A stretch of DNA of 63,893 nt, counting the filler, from Globobulimina sp. (taxonomy: Eukaryota): assembly GCA_003354225.1 (NCBI GenBank). It is 31 parts of 31 records of this genome, joined end to end, with 100 filler letters (N's around TTAATTAATTAA, not from the genome) between each part and the next. Parts side by side here need not be neighbours in the genome. Positions count along the whole stretch, not along the records: positions 37,176 to 39,139 come from PIVH01010158.1; positions 39,240 to 41,203 come from PIVH01010159.1; positions 41,304 to 43,267 come from PIVH01010160.1; positions 43,368 to 45,331 come from PIVH01010161.1; positions 45,432 to 47,394 come from PIVH01010162.1; positions 47,495 to 49,457 come from PIVH01010163.1; 25 more parts are not named here. One strand, written 5' to 3'. Each line of letters begins with the position of its first letter. The first letter of the stretch is position 1. Positions 37,176 to 49,557 of this stretch are shown piece by piece. A program made the position numbers and the translations under genes. The notes under the pieces are model-generated. The model had not been told where the DNA came from. It saw only the letters and a program-made list of their open reading frames with translations, and did no database searches.

Positions 37176-39139
37176 TATAAAAGTATTTCTTTTCTTCTTT
37201 CTTCCCGATGGCATATAACGTACTGATCGCAGATAATTTCAATATATTCGCCACGCCGATCTTCTTGAATGAAATATCGCTCATCGCGTCTTTTTTGCGT
37301 GTAATATCATCCATTAATGTCAACAAAAAATGAGCTCGGCCATCCCAAGTCGCATAAAATACATTAAATGCATATTCAAAGATTTCCTGTGCATAATACT
37401 TAATCGCATTCAATGCTTGCACTTCAACCATATTTTCCTTTTTTTTATCCATATTACTGTCCACTGTATATGTCACCTCACGCAATAATTGAAATAACTC
37501 ATCCCCTAAAAACTTCATCTTCTCATTGGGCCCATTCACGTCCTCCACAATATTCATACCGCTCGCTTTCACACTGAACATCTTCACATTAAACGACAAA
37601 ATGCGAAATAACGCGATCAATAAATAAATCCGTGCGCGAAATATTTTATCCTCCAACGAATAACTCGCACTGTCTCGCAATATCCATATCTTACACAATA
37701 TATTCCACTGCGTCACGACAGACTTAATCAACGATTCAAACACATTCTTGTCACCGACACATAAACACCGCGCATATAACGTCAATGCTCGTTTATCCCC
37801 ACTGCCATAAAAATATTTATATTCCGCAATCATATCCTCATTATTCCAATATGGGTCTATCAATTTCGATTTGATCATCAAATCCACGCAAGCTATGAAA
37901 TTCACAGTGATGGAGATCAAGGACGAAGTGCCCTGTTTAATGCCATCACCATCTAATAAATAATCACTATGCGTCAAAAAATATTCACTTTCCCACGCAG
38001 CTCTATCTAAAAACTGCTCCAAATGTGCGCCATTTATCCATCTTTTCAACACTAAATTATCCGCTCCATAGTCACCTGCATACATTGACTAAACATTATG
38101 ATTATACGCATTGTAGGTAATATCAATCGGTTCTTCATCATCTGCAGTGTATACACTCTCACCCGACGCAAATATGCGATTATCACTCGTATCAATATCA
38201 TAGATTTGTATCCTATGCGCACCAGCTTCTCGCGACAAACAGCCAATTTTATGTGGTGCATTGTACCAACGCAATGAGTGTAATGTGTTCCTAGCAATGG
38301 CAGGGTCTCTATTTTCGGGGATGGCTAAAACATGATAATACCCCACGGCTAAACAGCGTATCTTCTCCTCATCAAAGCCATCGACAGTCACTTTTGCAGG
38401 CACATCCCGCGTAGTGGTATCGCCTTGGCCTTGTTCGCCGTAACTATTTGAGCCCCATATATAAACATCGCCAGTTTTGGTCAAACAGCCACTGAAAAAG
38501 CCGCCGCCTTGGATGAATTCAATGCGTTCGTCCTTTTTAAAGGACGAGATTGCCGTCGGTTTGATCACTCGTTTACGATGACCGACGCCTAACTGTCCAT
38601 TGTTATTGTTGCCCCACACATATATTTGTGTGCGATTCTCCTTTTTATGCTTAGCAAGGCCCATTGCGTGGTAATAGCCGGCGGAGATATCTTTCCATTT
38701 GTGCTCAAAGGGGATTTTGGTCCATTCCGTCTTACTTTGGGTACTGTCCAGGCCGAGTTGGCCATTGCTGCCATCACCAACGGAATAACAATCACCTTTG
38801 CTGTCCAATGCTATGCTGAACGAGTGGCCCATGTCAATTCGTACCAATTTAACCTACATCAAACATAAAAGCGTTGCTGGAAACGATTTATTTCTGAAAT
38901 GCAACAATACCTTCAATTTCTCCGCTAATTTCTTCTCCAACGTAGGATGTCTGAAACTCTGCTCATTGTCCAATCCCATGCTACGTCGATTGTTATTGCC
39001 CCAGCCGTACAACTCTCCATTCTTCGTCACCGCAGCCGTACGATTGGTGGCCGTCGCCACATCAATGAAAAACAGCCACTTCTTGCCTTTTTTTTTACTA
39101 ATTTTCAATAGCTCCTCGTCGTTATTAATGCAATACGGC
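37176..39139 (-). CDS. Large RCC1-repeat protein followed by a WD40-like blade and a helical region (introns 38854..38910 and 38076..38162); both ends truncated
   Basis: Repeated WGxNxxGQLG and AGYYH motifs; splicing gives KLK-VKLVRIDMGHSF and RIFASG-DYGADNLVLKRW. Confidence 0.85.
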
Positions 39140-39239
39140 NNNNNNNNNNNNNNNNNNNNNNNNNNNNNNNNNNNNNNNNNNNNTTAATTAATTAANNNNN
39201 NNNNNNNNNNNNNNNNNNNNNNNNNNNNNNNNNNNNNNN

Positions 39240-40489
39240 TCGGTTTTATTTTTGTTAACTGCTCATAAAATTGTAAATATTGTAAGGGCAGAGGAGCAGT
39301 TAATAAGGTTTTAGCATGATCAGGGTTAGATTTTAAGTTTTTAGGTGCAGTATTTCCGTCTGCGTTGGTGGTCACCATTGTGGATTATATGAGTAATATT
39401 ATTCTGGCAAACTCATTCGAACAAAAAGTGAAAGACAGATATGTGCAGCAATTGAACGACAGCGACTGCAAAGACCCAATAGATTTAGCGCCAGTTAACG
39501 TGGATGCGAATATGGAATTTCTTGCCTATGGCATTGCAAATTTATTTGGTTCCTTTTTCAGTTCGCAATTAATTTCGGCGAGTTTCAGTCGAACTGCATT
39601 GAATTATGAGATGAGTGGTCATACGCGAATTGCAGGGTTTATCCGTGCTTTTGTTTGCTTTTTATGTTTATTGTTTTTAATGCCCTTCGTGTCGCCATTA
39701 CCAACTTGTGTGTTGGCGTCAGTTGTTTGGACAGCGGTGTATCGCTTAATTCGCAGTGGTGTGATTGAGTGCAAATTCTTATATTTTGTGTCCAAATTGG
39801 AATTAATTGAGTTTATTGTATCGGTTATTGCGCCCTTGATTGTTGGCATGGAGATGGGTATTTTTCTAGCAATTGCTACCTCGATTATTATTAATTTATT
39901 ACGGCATACATTTGCAAATGTTATTTTTTTGGGCCGTTTGCAAACAAATAAGAAAGTGGGTGTCACCGAATACGTAAACTGCAAATTATTTAAACAATCG
40001 CAAATCATCCCACATGTGATTATTATTGAAATGAAGGCGGAATTGTCATTTTCAAATAATTCCCGTTTGGTGAATAAAATCCGTGAGTTATTGTGCGAAA
40101 ATGAGAAATATATAATTGTCTCTTTAAATTTAACATCATTTATTGATACAACCGCAATCCGACAGATTGTGACTTTATTCCAAGATGCTAAACATGCATA
40201 TATTTGCTTATCGCAATGTAGACCAAAAGTAATTGATTTAATTAGTCGCTACGAAGCACAAATTAATGATAGATTTCCATCAAATGTAAAAACTTTTGTT
40301 TCTACACATGATGCGGTCCGATATCTGCAAAAAATACGTGGTGAGATAACTGACGATATCGAGACTAGTTTTAGTAAAAATCAAAATAAAAAAGAAGTTG
40401 ATGATGAAAAAGATTGTTCAACTGAACAGAATTCTAAGTATATGTATAATTGCATTGAGTTATCTCATCTACAATTTATCGATATATAA
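39240..40489 (+). CDS. SulP/SLC26 anion transporter, C-terminal part with STAS domain
   Basis: DANMEFLAYGIANLFGSFFS, SFSRTALN, LSFSN, SFIDTTAI. Confidence 0.92.
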
Positions 40490-41092
40490 TTAATAATATT
40501 AATATATTATAATTGCATGAAGGACATTATCCAATTTTTGTTGTGTGAATTATTTTATCTTTTTTTGTTTTATTATTTTGTTTTCTCGTTGTTTGTTTTA
40601 TAAGCGACTGTTATTTAAACCTCACTTCGAGATTTATTCAGTTATTTAATTAAAGTGGAACTATTGTGATAATTACTTTTTTCGAAACCATATATTTAGT
40701 GAGAGCTTTTTTGACGTATTTTTCTGCTGATTTCAATGAAATGGTGATTTGCATACTCATTCAAAAGAAAAATGTATCTTGTTATATACCACAATGTAAG
40801 ATGTGAGTACAAAGTGCGATATTCCGTAATCCGTATGCCAGATTATTGTAATCAGCTGTACATATGTAACATTATGCGACAACTGTAAAACGATACACGA
40901 GAATTGTATTATTTGACAATCTAATAATCAGTAAATACCATTTAAACCTCTGTTCTTGATGAATACGTTATTATTGTTTTCACATTAAACTCCAGCTCTA
41001 GTCATCATGTCACGTAAACCCTCCCCCACTCAATCATCATGTTGCGAGTCAGTCCATTGAAGGGTTCTTTTACACATCGGCACCGAAGCACC

Positions 41093-41203
41093 TTACAGGG
41101 TGCCAAGTCCACTTCTCGATACCACCAGAGTACTGGGCCGCAGCTGGGCCAGCAGGTCAACCAGCAGGAGATCCCGGCGCAGAGGGACCATTATTCCCCC
41201 CAC
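41093..41203 (-). pseudogene. bioD: GC-rich fragment of dethiobiotin synthase
   Basis: VGGIMVPLRRDLLLVDLLAQLRPSTLVVSRSGLGTL then TAA; matches BioD GGxxVPL...LVxRxxLGT(L/I)NH. Confidence 0.75.
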
Positions 41204-41303
41204 NNNNNNNNNNNNNNNNNNNNNNNNNNNNNNNNNNNNNNNNNNNNTTAATTAATTAANNNNNNNNNNNNNNNNNNNNNNNNNNNNNNNNNNNNNNNNN
41301 NNN

Positions 41304-42899
41304 TCAGTACAATACAACTGACCAAACCAGATAGCGGATAAAATTCGATTAATATGAAGAGTTGGTCTGGAATATATGCACACGACAATCGCGTATATTG
41401 TCCGTCGGTAATTGGTCCATCAAAATCTGGATTCCCATAGCAATCATTTCCAATGTTGTTTTGCAACGCATGGTATTCCATCAAGACACCGCTGCCGCCC
41501 ATAAGTGTCCTGCTGATGGCTTTAACAATGGTTGGAATCAATATGTTGTACAAAATAAATACTCTGACGGTTCTTCCACGGCTTATATTGGCAATAAACA
41601 ATCCAACGAATGGAGACCAGGCAATCCACCAACCCCAGAAAAACACAGTCCATGTTGCCTAATATTAAGCAGTGCTACACACATATAATACATTGAAATA
41701 TAGTCAGTGGAGGCATACCATCCATGCGGAAGAGTTGGAATTGGAACCATCAAATCCAATTTGTTCGAATGAGTCAGTCACAGTGAACATCGAAATCAAT
41801 GTTTGACAATGGAAGCCTGTTCGTGATATATTGAGGTATATATTTGCATAAACAGTGCCATATATTCTATACATACCAATCATTTGTACGAAATAATTCA
41901 ACAAAAATGACTTGTCCCCAGCAAAAAACAAGTACAATAAAAATATCCATCCAAAGGCAAATGCAATTTGTGACAATATGCGAATGCCTTTGTCAATACC
42001 AGTCACGACAGAGATAGTCGCCATAATTGTCATCAGCCATATTATTATTATTTGTGATGTTTCATCATTTGATATTAAATTGGGACCAAATACTCTCTGC
42101 AACCCATAATTTATTTGAATCACACCAAGTCCTAAGGAAGTGGCTACACCGCACATAGTCTTTAATTCATCATGGAAAGCAAAATAAAATCAGTACAATT
42201 TATATTGTTACACATATATAACTAAACTGCAATTATGGCTGAAATATCAATAATATCGCCAATAAAACCATATATTTTGTTGCCTATTAATGGATAAAAG
42301 CAAGTTCTCATTGTCATTGGAAAGCCGTGCCGATGCGACAAATAGCCACAAGTTAATCCAATGACAGAGTATAATGCGAATCCGGCAAAGCCTGTGTGGA
42401 ATAAAGATAAGCTGCCTGCTGCGATGGCTTGTTGTTGCCTCGGCAAATATGAGTATCTGTTTGCTCCTTCTACGGAATCTCGGAAATGTAGTACAGTCTC
42501 AGCAACGCCATAGAAATAACTACCACCGGTGCCTGTACTCCACAACATAGCAAACCATGTAAACGTACTATATTTTGGTGTTTCATCATCTTTTCCTAGT
42601 TTCATCCCACCGTATTTTGGATGGAGAAATAAAAACATCATAAATATGAAAAAGCCAAACATTGCTCCAATATATAACCATGCAAAATTCTCAACGACCC
42701 AGGTTTGCCACTCAGTGATTGATATGGCTGCGTTAGCATCGACCAAACACCACAACACAAATGACCAAATAATAATCACTGAGGCTATAAATACAGTCGG
42801 ATTGAAATTATAATTGATGCGTCCACATATTACACCAATGCATGATGATGGCGATGAAGATCCTTTTTTGTTTGTCCTATCCAATTCTGTTTCCAACAT
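41304..42899 (-). CDS. BCCT (betaine/choline/carnitine) family transporter with three introns (42160..42227, 41817..41876, 41659..41718); 3'-truncated
   Basis: KLGKDDETPKYSTFTWFAML, TMCGVATSLGLG, GIDKGIRILS, WTVFFWGWWIAWSPFVGLFIANISRGRTVR. Confidence 0.95.
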
Positions 42900-43367
42900 A
42901 TAGTCATCCAGTGACGGGTTGGCTCAAAGTCACTATACTTTCATCAACAAATTGTTGAGATATAAAAGCATGGTTTTGACGCCGTTTTGTGTAAACAAAA
43001 AGAAGGGATGGTACCATAAAAATGTATCAAAAGACCATAAAAATATGTTTAACACACTGTACACAACTATAAATCTCAGAATGTAAACAAATAAAAAAAA
43101 AAAATCACAGATTGTATTACAATATCCAACGGTAAACAAGCATTTAAACAAAAAAAATGTGAGAGTAAACAGTATCATAACATATTTTTCCATCTAAGAG
43201 TATAAATCAAACTGAATTTGTAAATTACTTTAAATATGAACTGTAATTTGTAATTCGATTTATATCTNNNNNNNNNNNNNNNNNNNNNNNNNNNNNNNNN
43301 NNNNNNNNNNNTTAATTAATTAANNNNNNNNNNNNNNNNNNNNNNNNNNNNNNNNNNNNNNNNNNNN

Positions 43368-43661
43368 AATATATTCAATTTCAACAACATCATGTTTTGC
43401 TGGGATCCGGCCAACGCCCGACGCGATAATCAATATATTAATATATTTAGAATTCAGATTTGGAAACGAGACTTTTGCTCTTTGATTTTTTTTTACATTT
43501 ATAATATGTTGTGGTTGATTCACAGTAAACATTGAATTTCTGTGACATCCTCGTAAATCCTTCACTGATGCTGTTGAATGTGTTGTTTCTTCGAAAATGG
43601 AGGTGAAGGTTGCCTTTGCATTGCATTTTCTACGTTTCTTTTTGGAAAATATAACGCCCAT
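43368..43661 (-). CDS. Probable FKBP-type PPIase, N-terminal fragment with myristoylation-type basic start
   Basis: MGVIFSKKKRRK; IIASGVGRIPAKHDVVEIEY resembles the first FKBP strands. Confidence 0.55.
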
Positions 43662-43753
43662 ATTTGAGATACAACACGTTTCTCAGTTTGCAATGCCAAA
43701 AACAAATGAATGTTGAGAAAAATTGAGTGAGTTAGTGAACAATCATTCGAATA

Positions 43754-45082
43754 ATGAAAGTATTGAGTGAGACGCAATCGCGATCGATCTCAGTAGATGT
43801 TACAGATGACGAAACAGACACAGATCTCGATACAGCAACATATTATGATGAAGAGCATGAAGCATCATCAACGATGCAAGAATTATTGCTATCACGTGAG
43901 AAATTTGACACATTTGAATTGTTACCAATATGTACAGTCGCATTGGTTGGAATGATATTTGGTTTATGTTTAAATAAAGGCCGAATATTCGAACCAAATG
44001 TTATTGTCCAACAAATGACATTTGCTAGATTTATTATGTTGAAATTATTTTTGTCCGCAGCTGGGACATCAGCTATAATGCTCTCAATTTGTGCATATGT
44101 ATACAACGAACATTTCTTATTTGCGCGCTCAAAATACCGCAATAACTTTGGACTGTTACGGGTAATGTTTGGTGGATTTATGTTAGGCGTTGGCATCACC
44201 ATCGCAGGCTCATGCCCAGGTATTCAAATATGTCATGTATACAACGCAAACCACGCAAACCTTGCACAAATGCACATAAATACAGGTATGGTATTAGTGC
44301 AATGCGGTGCGGGCGTACCATATAGTTATATAACATTATTTGGCTTATTATTCGGCGCGTTTTTATGTGTATTAATGAAGCCGTTAATTGGTGGCTATGT
44401 ATATGATACAAAACCGTTTTTGACACTGTTTAATTATACATTTATTGATGAATATTTTGTAGAAAACGTGTATTTAAATTATCGTCTAATTTCTGCAATG
44501 TTTGGTACATTTTGCTGGATCATTGTGATAATATTCGAATGTCTTTGGCCATGGAAGTCGGAGCTAACCATAGCAAATGCAGCAAATTGTAATTTTCTGA
44601 CTTGCTCAGCGTGGCCACCACAAGCATCCGGTCTCATTATTGGGATATTACAGGTGCCGTTGCTGTCTGTTTTGGGAAACGCAATCGGGTGCTCATCATC
44701 GTATATTTGTGTGATGTCGCAATGGGTGCGATATTGCAATAAAAGACTGCACGAAATATTTATTATACATTTAGAAAGCGAGCTAAATAAATGGTGGCAA
44801 ATATTATTTATACTATTTATTGTATTTGGTTCGTGGATCGCAGTTTGTTTGACGCAGCCACAATCATTGAATGTTGTAAAATATCCATACGATAATATTG
44901 AAGGTACGAATGAATTGCGAGCATTTATCGGCGGAATGTTATTAATATTTGGTTCGCGAATTGCTGGCGGTTGTTCATCGGGGCATGGTTTGTCTGGATT
45001 CGCTTTGTTAGCCATTGATTCAATGTTTGTTATTCTCTCTATGTTTGTTGGTGGTATTCTCACTGCCTTTATTATACAATAA
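43754..45082 (+). CDS. YeeE/YedE-family sulfur-compound (thiosulfate-type) transporter (in-frame intron 44220..44285)
   Basis: GGFMLGVGITIAGSCPG and GGMLLIFGSRIAGGCSSGHG; about 9 TM helices. Confidence 0.88.
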   Translation: MKVLSETQSRSISVDVTDDETDTDLDTATYYDEEHEASSTMQELLLSREKFDTFELLPICTVALVGMIFGLCLNKGRIFEPNVIVQQMTFARFIMLKLFLSAAGTSAIMLSICAYVYNEHFLFARSKYRNNFGLLRVMFGGFMLGVGITIAGSCPGIQICHVYNANHANLAQMHINTGMVLVQCGAGVPYSYITLFGLLFGAFLCVLMKPLIGGYVYDTKPFLTLFNYTFIDEYFVENVYLNYRLISAMFGTFCWIIVIIFECLWPWKSELTIANAANCNFLTCSAWPPQASGLIIGILQVPLLSVLGNAIGCSSSYICVMSQWVRYCNKRLHEIFIIHLESELNKWWQILFILFIVFGSWIAVCLTQPQSLNVVKYPYDNIEGTNELRAFIGGMLLIFGSRIAGGCSSGHGLSGFALLAIDSMFVILSMFVGGILTAFIIQ

Positions 45083-46326
45083 ATAAATAATTAATTGTTA
45101 CTTAGTTTTTTAGTTTGTTTGTATTGTTTGTTTGACAATATTTTGTGTTACTAGTTTTTTTTCAATTATTATTTTTTTTATTTGATTTAATTTTGCTTTA
45201 ATTAAATTTATATAGAGTTAGTGCATTTAAGTGAAAAGAAAGTAAAATCGATAATTCAGTGCCATTTCATTCGTTCAGCAACGATATCAAGGTTTTCAAC
45301 TCAATTAAAAACTTAATGTGCTACAAAATATNNNNNNNNNNNNNNNNNNNNNNNNNNNNNNNNNNNNNNNNNNNNTTAATTAATTAANNNNNNNNNNNNN
45401 NNNNNNNNNNNNNNNNNNNNNNNNNNNNNNNAGGAATTCTGTTGTATGTTGGATATCGTGATTTGTTGTAAGTACTTGTAATGATACGTATGAAAAAGTT
45501 GCATCTGATCTCTGGTCTAAATATGGATCACTAAAACCAGAGTTGGAACCCGTACATTGTGAGGAGTCGAACACAATAACTGAACGCCAACGGAATTGCG
45601 CAATGCGGGGAATCCCAATCCAAATAATGCTGCCGCACTGAAGAACATGTTCACTTTTTTCATTCGAGTGTCGTCGTCTCTGTTATGCTTGAAATTGTGT
45701 CTCAATCATCATCCGCACAAAATTTTGTCAAAAAAGTGAACACGTTTTTTATGGTTTGTTATTTTGTGCATTGCAGAATGTGCTGTCGCTTCACTCTCCA
45801 AATACGAGTGGAAGTTTCAAGTTCGTGCAAAAATGGTTTTATTTGCAAACCTTTCGTTGATAATGACACGAATCTACACTCATATTTGGAAGCAGCTAAG
45901 CACGACGCTGTAACTTTTGAAATAGTATTTATTTTTTTTGTGTATAGTTTCTGTATTTGACGTTTATAAATTTATGTTGTCAATGCGTGCCGAGTTATGA
46001 TGCGGTGACTTTTTTATAATATCAAAATAACCATAATCTTAAATCAGATTCCTTTTGACTATGATGTTTTCCATATACCAATTTGGAATTTATTGCATGG
46101 ATCAGGGTGTGTACAGTCTGCAGATTGCAAACATACAATGCACAGTGCAAACACATCGCAAACCGAGGAAACAGGATTCGACTCTGCACATCGTCTTTGA
46201 ATTCAGAATTTTGACCGTTTCCAAAGGAGCAGATCGCATTGACTGTAGAAATAAACTATAAACGATACAAAACAAATGCACATTCACTAAAAGGATTACA
46301 CGAGTTATTACGGCGAGAATTATTTC

Positions 46327-47394
46327 GTGGATATGGTGAGCAAAGGATCGGCACTAAAAGTGAGATTTGAAGATAATAAGTTTGGTAATAATAGCATTGC
46401 GGTGACCAATTACATCCAAAGCAACGGACCAATCGACATTTTTATGAGTAATCAGACAATAAACTTTGACTCACAATTTTTAGTTTGCGTGGATCCGTTA
46501 AATGTTGTTGTTGAAAACCATTATTTTGGGCCGCAATTCCGAGAGTTGGCCATTTACATTAAAAGACAAGATATGATATTGACGCCGACCGCAAATATTG
46601 AAATTATTGACTCGCGTTTTGAACATACAAGCAATGAATATGAAATGTTGAAATTTGAAAATATTCAAGAAACAGATGACATTTTATTGGACAGAAATGT
46701 ATTTATTAAATCTTATATTTCTGTACATTATGGCGACGCCAATAATATTACTGATAATTCCTATTCATTCACCATTTTAAATTCAAGCTTTTCGCAAATT
46801 GCTGCAAATTCCATCTTTTCTATCACTGATACGTCGAATAAAAGTGTGGTGAATATGCATTTTGAGGATAATAGATTTAGCAATAATATTGGCAGTATTC
46901 CGGCATTGCTTTCCATGGATTTGATCAGCAAACAGAATAAACTCCGGTTTTATAACAATATATTTGTCAATAATGAGTTGTCGCAGTTAGTTTACATCAA
47001 ACACGTGAATTTATTTTTATTTTCCAATCAATTTCTCGATAATAATATATTGGATTCCATGGTGTTTTGTCACGAATTTGGTTTCATTCAATCTCAATCC
47101 AATCAATTTGTCGGTAATCATGTGTTTGATGCCATATTTGATCTCAACGATTGCGAGTTGGAATTGTCCGATTCGGTGATAAATAATCATAGCTTAATAA
47201 TTGCGGCAACCTCGGCCATTATCAATGTGTTTGATGTTACAACGGATGGCACGCAATTATTATATTTGAATGATAACAGGAGCACATTGTCCAATATTGA
47301 CATTTATCGGTCGTCCTTTGTAAACAGTGACAATTTATTTGAAGTATTTGTTAAACCATTTGATATCATACATATATTCAATGCCAATTTCAAT
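46327..47394 (+). CDS. Asn-rich right-handed beta-helix-like surface protein, internal part
   Basis: Repeated (N/S)xFxxN motifs: DNRFSNN, NNIFVNN, SNQFLDN, SNQFVGN. Confidence 0.6.
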
Positions 47395-47494
47395 NNNNNN
47401 NNNNNNNNNNNNNNNNNNNNNNNNNNNNNNNNNNNNNNTTAATTAATTAANNNNNNNNNNNNNNNNNNNNNNNNNNNNNNNNNNNNNNNNNNNN

Positions 47495-49457
47495 GGCGAT
47501 TTGCGCTTATTAGGTGCCACTGCAATACAGGACAAGTTACAAGATGGCGTACCCGAAGTCATTGCGAATTTGGCTGTTGCTGGCATTTCAATTTGGGTCT
47601 TAACGGGTTTGTACTTTCATATCCCCCACACAAACAACACTGGGACCCATTTACAATTATCTTTGTCAAGGCGATAAAGTAGAAACTGCAATAAACGTAG
47701 GCCGATCCTGTCGGTTATTGACAGCTGACATGAACCGCGAAGATGGCTCTCTATTCGTACTCGACCCCGATGAGAAGCTGCCGGACTATGAGTGTCAGGA
47801 CATTGTGTCCAAAGCCTTCAAAGCTGCCTGGAACTTCTTACAGCATCACCAGGACAACGACCCCAAGCAAGGCTTCGTGATATCCGGCAAGGCGTTGTCG
47901 TGCGTCTTCCCGCACCGCAAACACGACTCGAAAGGCAGAGAAATCGCGCCCACCCGAACCGAGGCTGTCATCGAGCAGCAATATCAAGAACAATTATTGC
48001 AGTGTTTGATTAAATGCCGCGCCGTGTTATGTTGCCGAGTGTCGCCGATACAGAAGGCGCAAATGGTGAGTTTGGTGAAGCAGAACATTGAGAATGTCAT
48101 CACTTTGGCCATTGGTGACGGCGCCAATGATGTGCCGATGATCCGGTCCTCGCATGTCGGCGTTGGCATTTCTGGCCAGGAAGGCTTGCAAGCGGTGATG
48201 GCGAGCGATTACGCCATCGGACAGTTCAGGTTCCTGCAGGATTTGTTGCTGATTCATGGCGCCTGGAACTATCGGAGAATCTCCATATTGATTTTATATT
48301 CGTTTTACAAAAATGTCATGTTGTCCATGACGCAGATTTTCTTCGGCTTTTATAGTGGTTTCAGCGGCACTTTGTTTTACGACGCATTCTGCGGCTCTTC
48401 CTACAATTTGGTGTACACTGCGTTTCCAGTCATGTTTGCTGCGGTATTCGACCGGTATTATTCCAAACAAATCGCCAGACTCTGTCCAGAATTGTACGAG
48501 AATGGGCTGGCAAACAAGTCATTCAACCTCAGATTATTTCGTTTTTGGTTTTTTGAGGGCTTATTGCATGGTTTGATCATCTTTTTGTGTGCCTTATATT
48601 TCATAGATTCCACTACGATGCAAACGGACGGAATGTTGGTTGGTTTTTGGGTCTCCAATACGTGTATGTTCACCTCCGTTATCACAGTGGCTACGTTTAA
48701 GATGATGCTTGAAACCAAAACATGGAATATCTGGAGCGTAATATTCTTTTTCTTGTCATATCTCGTGTGGTTTCTATTTAATTTGGTTTGGTCTGCGATT
48801 CCGGTCAAAGCAGGACTGCCTAACCAAGACATGTATGGTGTGGCGCAAACTGCGTTTGGTCTGCCGCAGTTTTGGTTTGTTGTCGTGCTGACTTTGGTGA
48901 TTTGTATGTATCCGGATATTTTGTGGAAGTTTATTCGCAAACTATGGAAACCTACGCGGTTGGATGTTGTCGAAGAGATTGAATTTATGAAATATGATTT
49001 GAATATGGCGCAATGTGTACGGGAGGATGTACGACAGCAAAGAGAGGAGTTTGTGGATGAAATGTTAAAATATGAGCAAGCGCTCAAGTTTCAAGTTCAA
49101 CCGCCTCAGCGGAAGGAGACTGGCGCGGATTTAGAGAAAGTGCCCTTTGCGACAACGGGGTCTGAGCAGAAAGTGTCGGGTGAGGAGGAACATATTGGTG
49201 GCTTAGCAACGCCTGCAAATTATCCGCTGTCTCCTCGGTTATCAACAAAATCTGATTTGGGATTTTCAGAGTTTCAGGTTGGGCCGGAACATAATGACTA
49301 TATTATGTCACAAGCAGACTTTATGAAATCCGCGATGATAAAAAAACAATTTAGTACGCGGATGGTGTCTGTGGCGGAGTATGAGCACAGTGATGGCGAC
49401 GATCATGGTTTAGAGGCAGTGGATGGAGGCAAAAGGGATAAGAAATATTTACGGATT
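47495..49457 (+). CDS. P4-type ATPase (phospholipid flippase), C-terminal half (intron 47607..47670)
   Basis: [64 protein letters not shown]. Confidence 0.97.
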
Positions 49458-49557
49458 NNNNNNNNNNNNNNNNNNNNNNNNNNNNNNNNNNNNNNNNNNN
49501 NTTAATTAATTAANNNNNNNNNNNNNNNNNNNNNNNNNNNNNNNNNNNNNNNNNNNN

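Noticed and set aside
39240-45082. Apparent transporter cluster SulP, BCCT, YeeE/YedE
   Set aside because: Three separate contigs, adjacent only through length sorting
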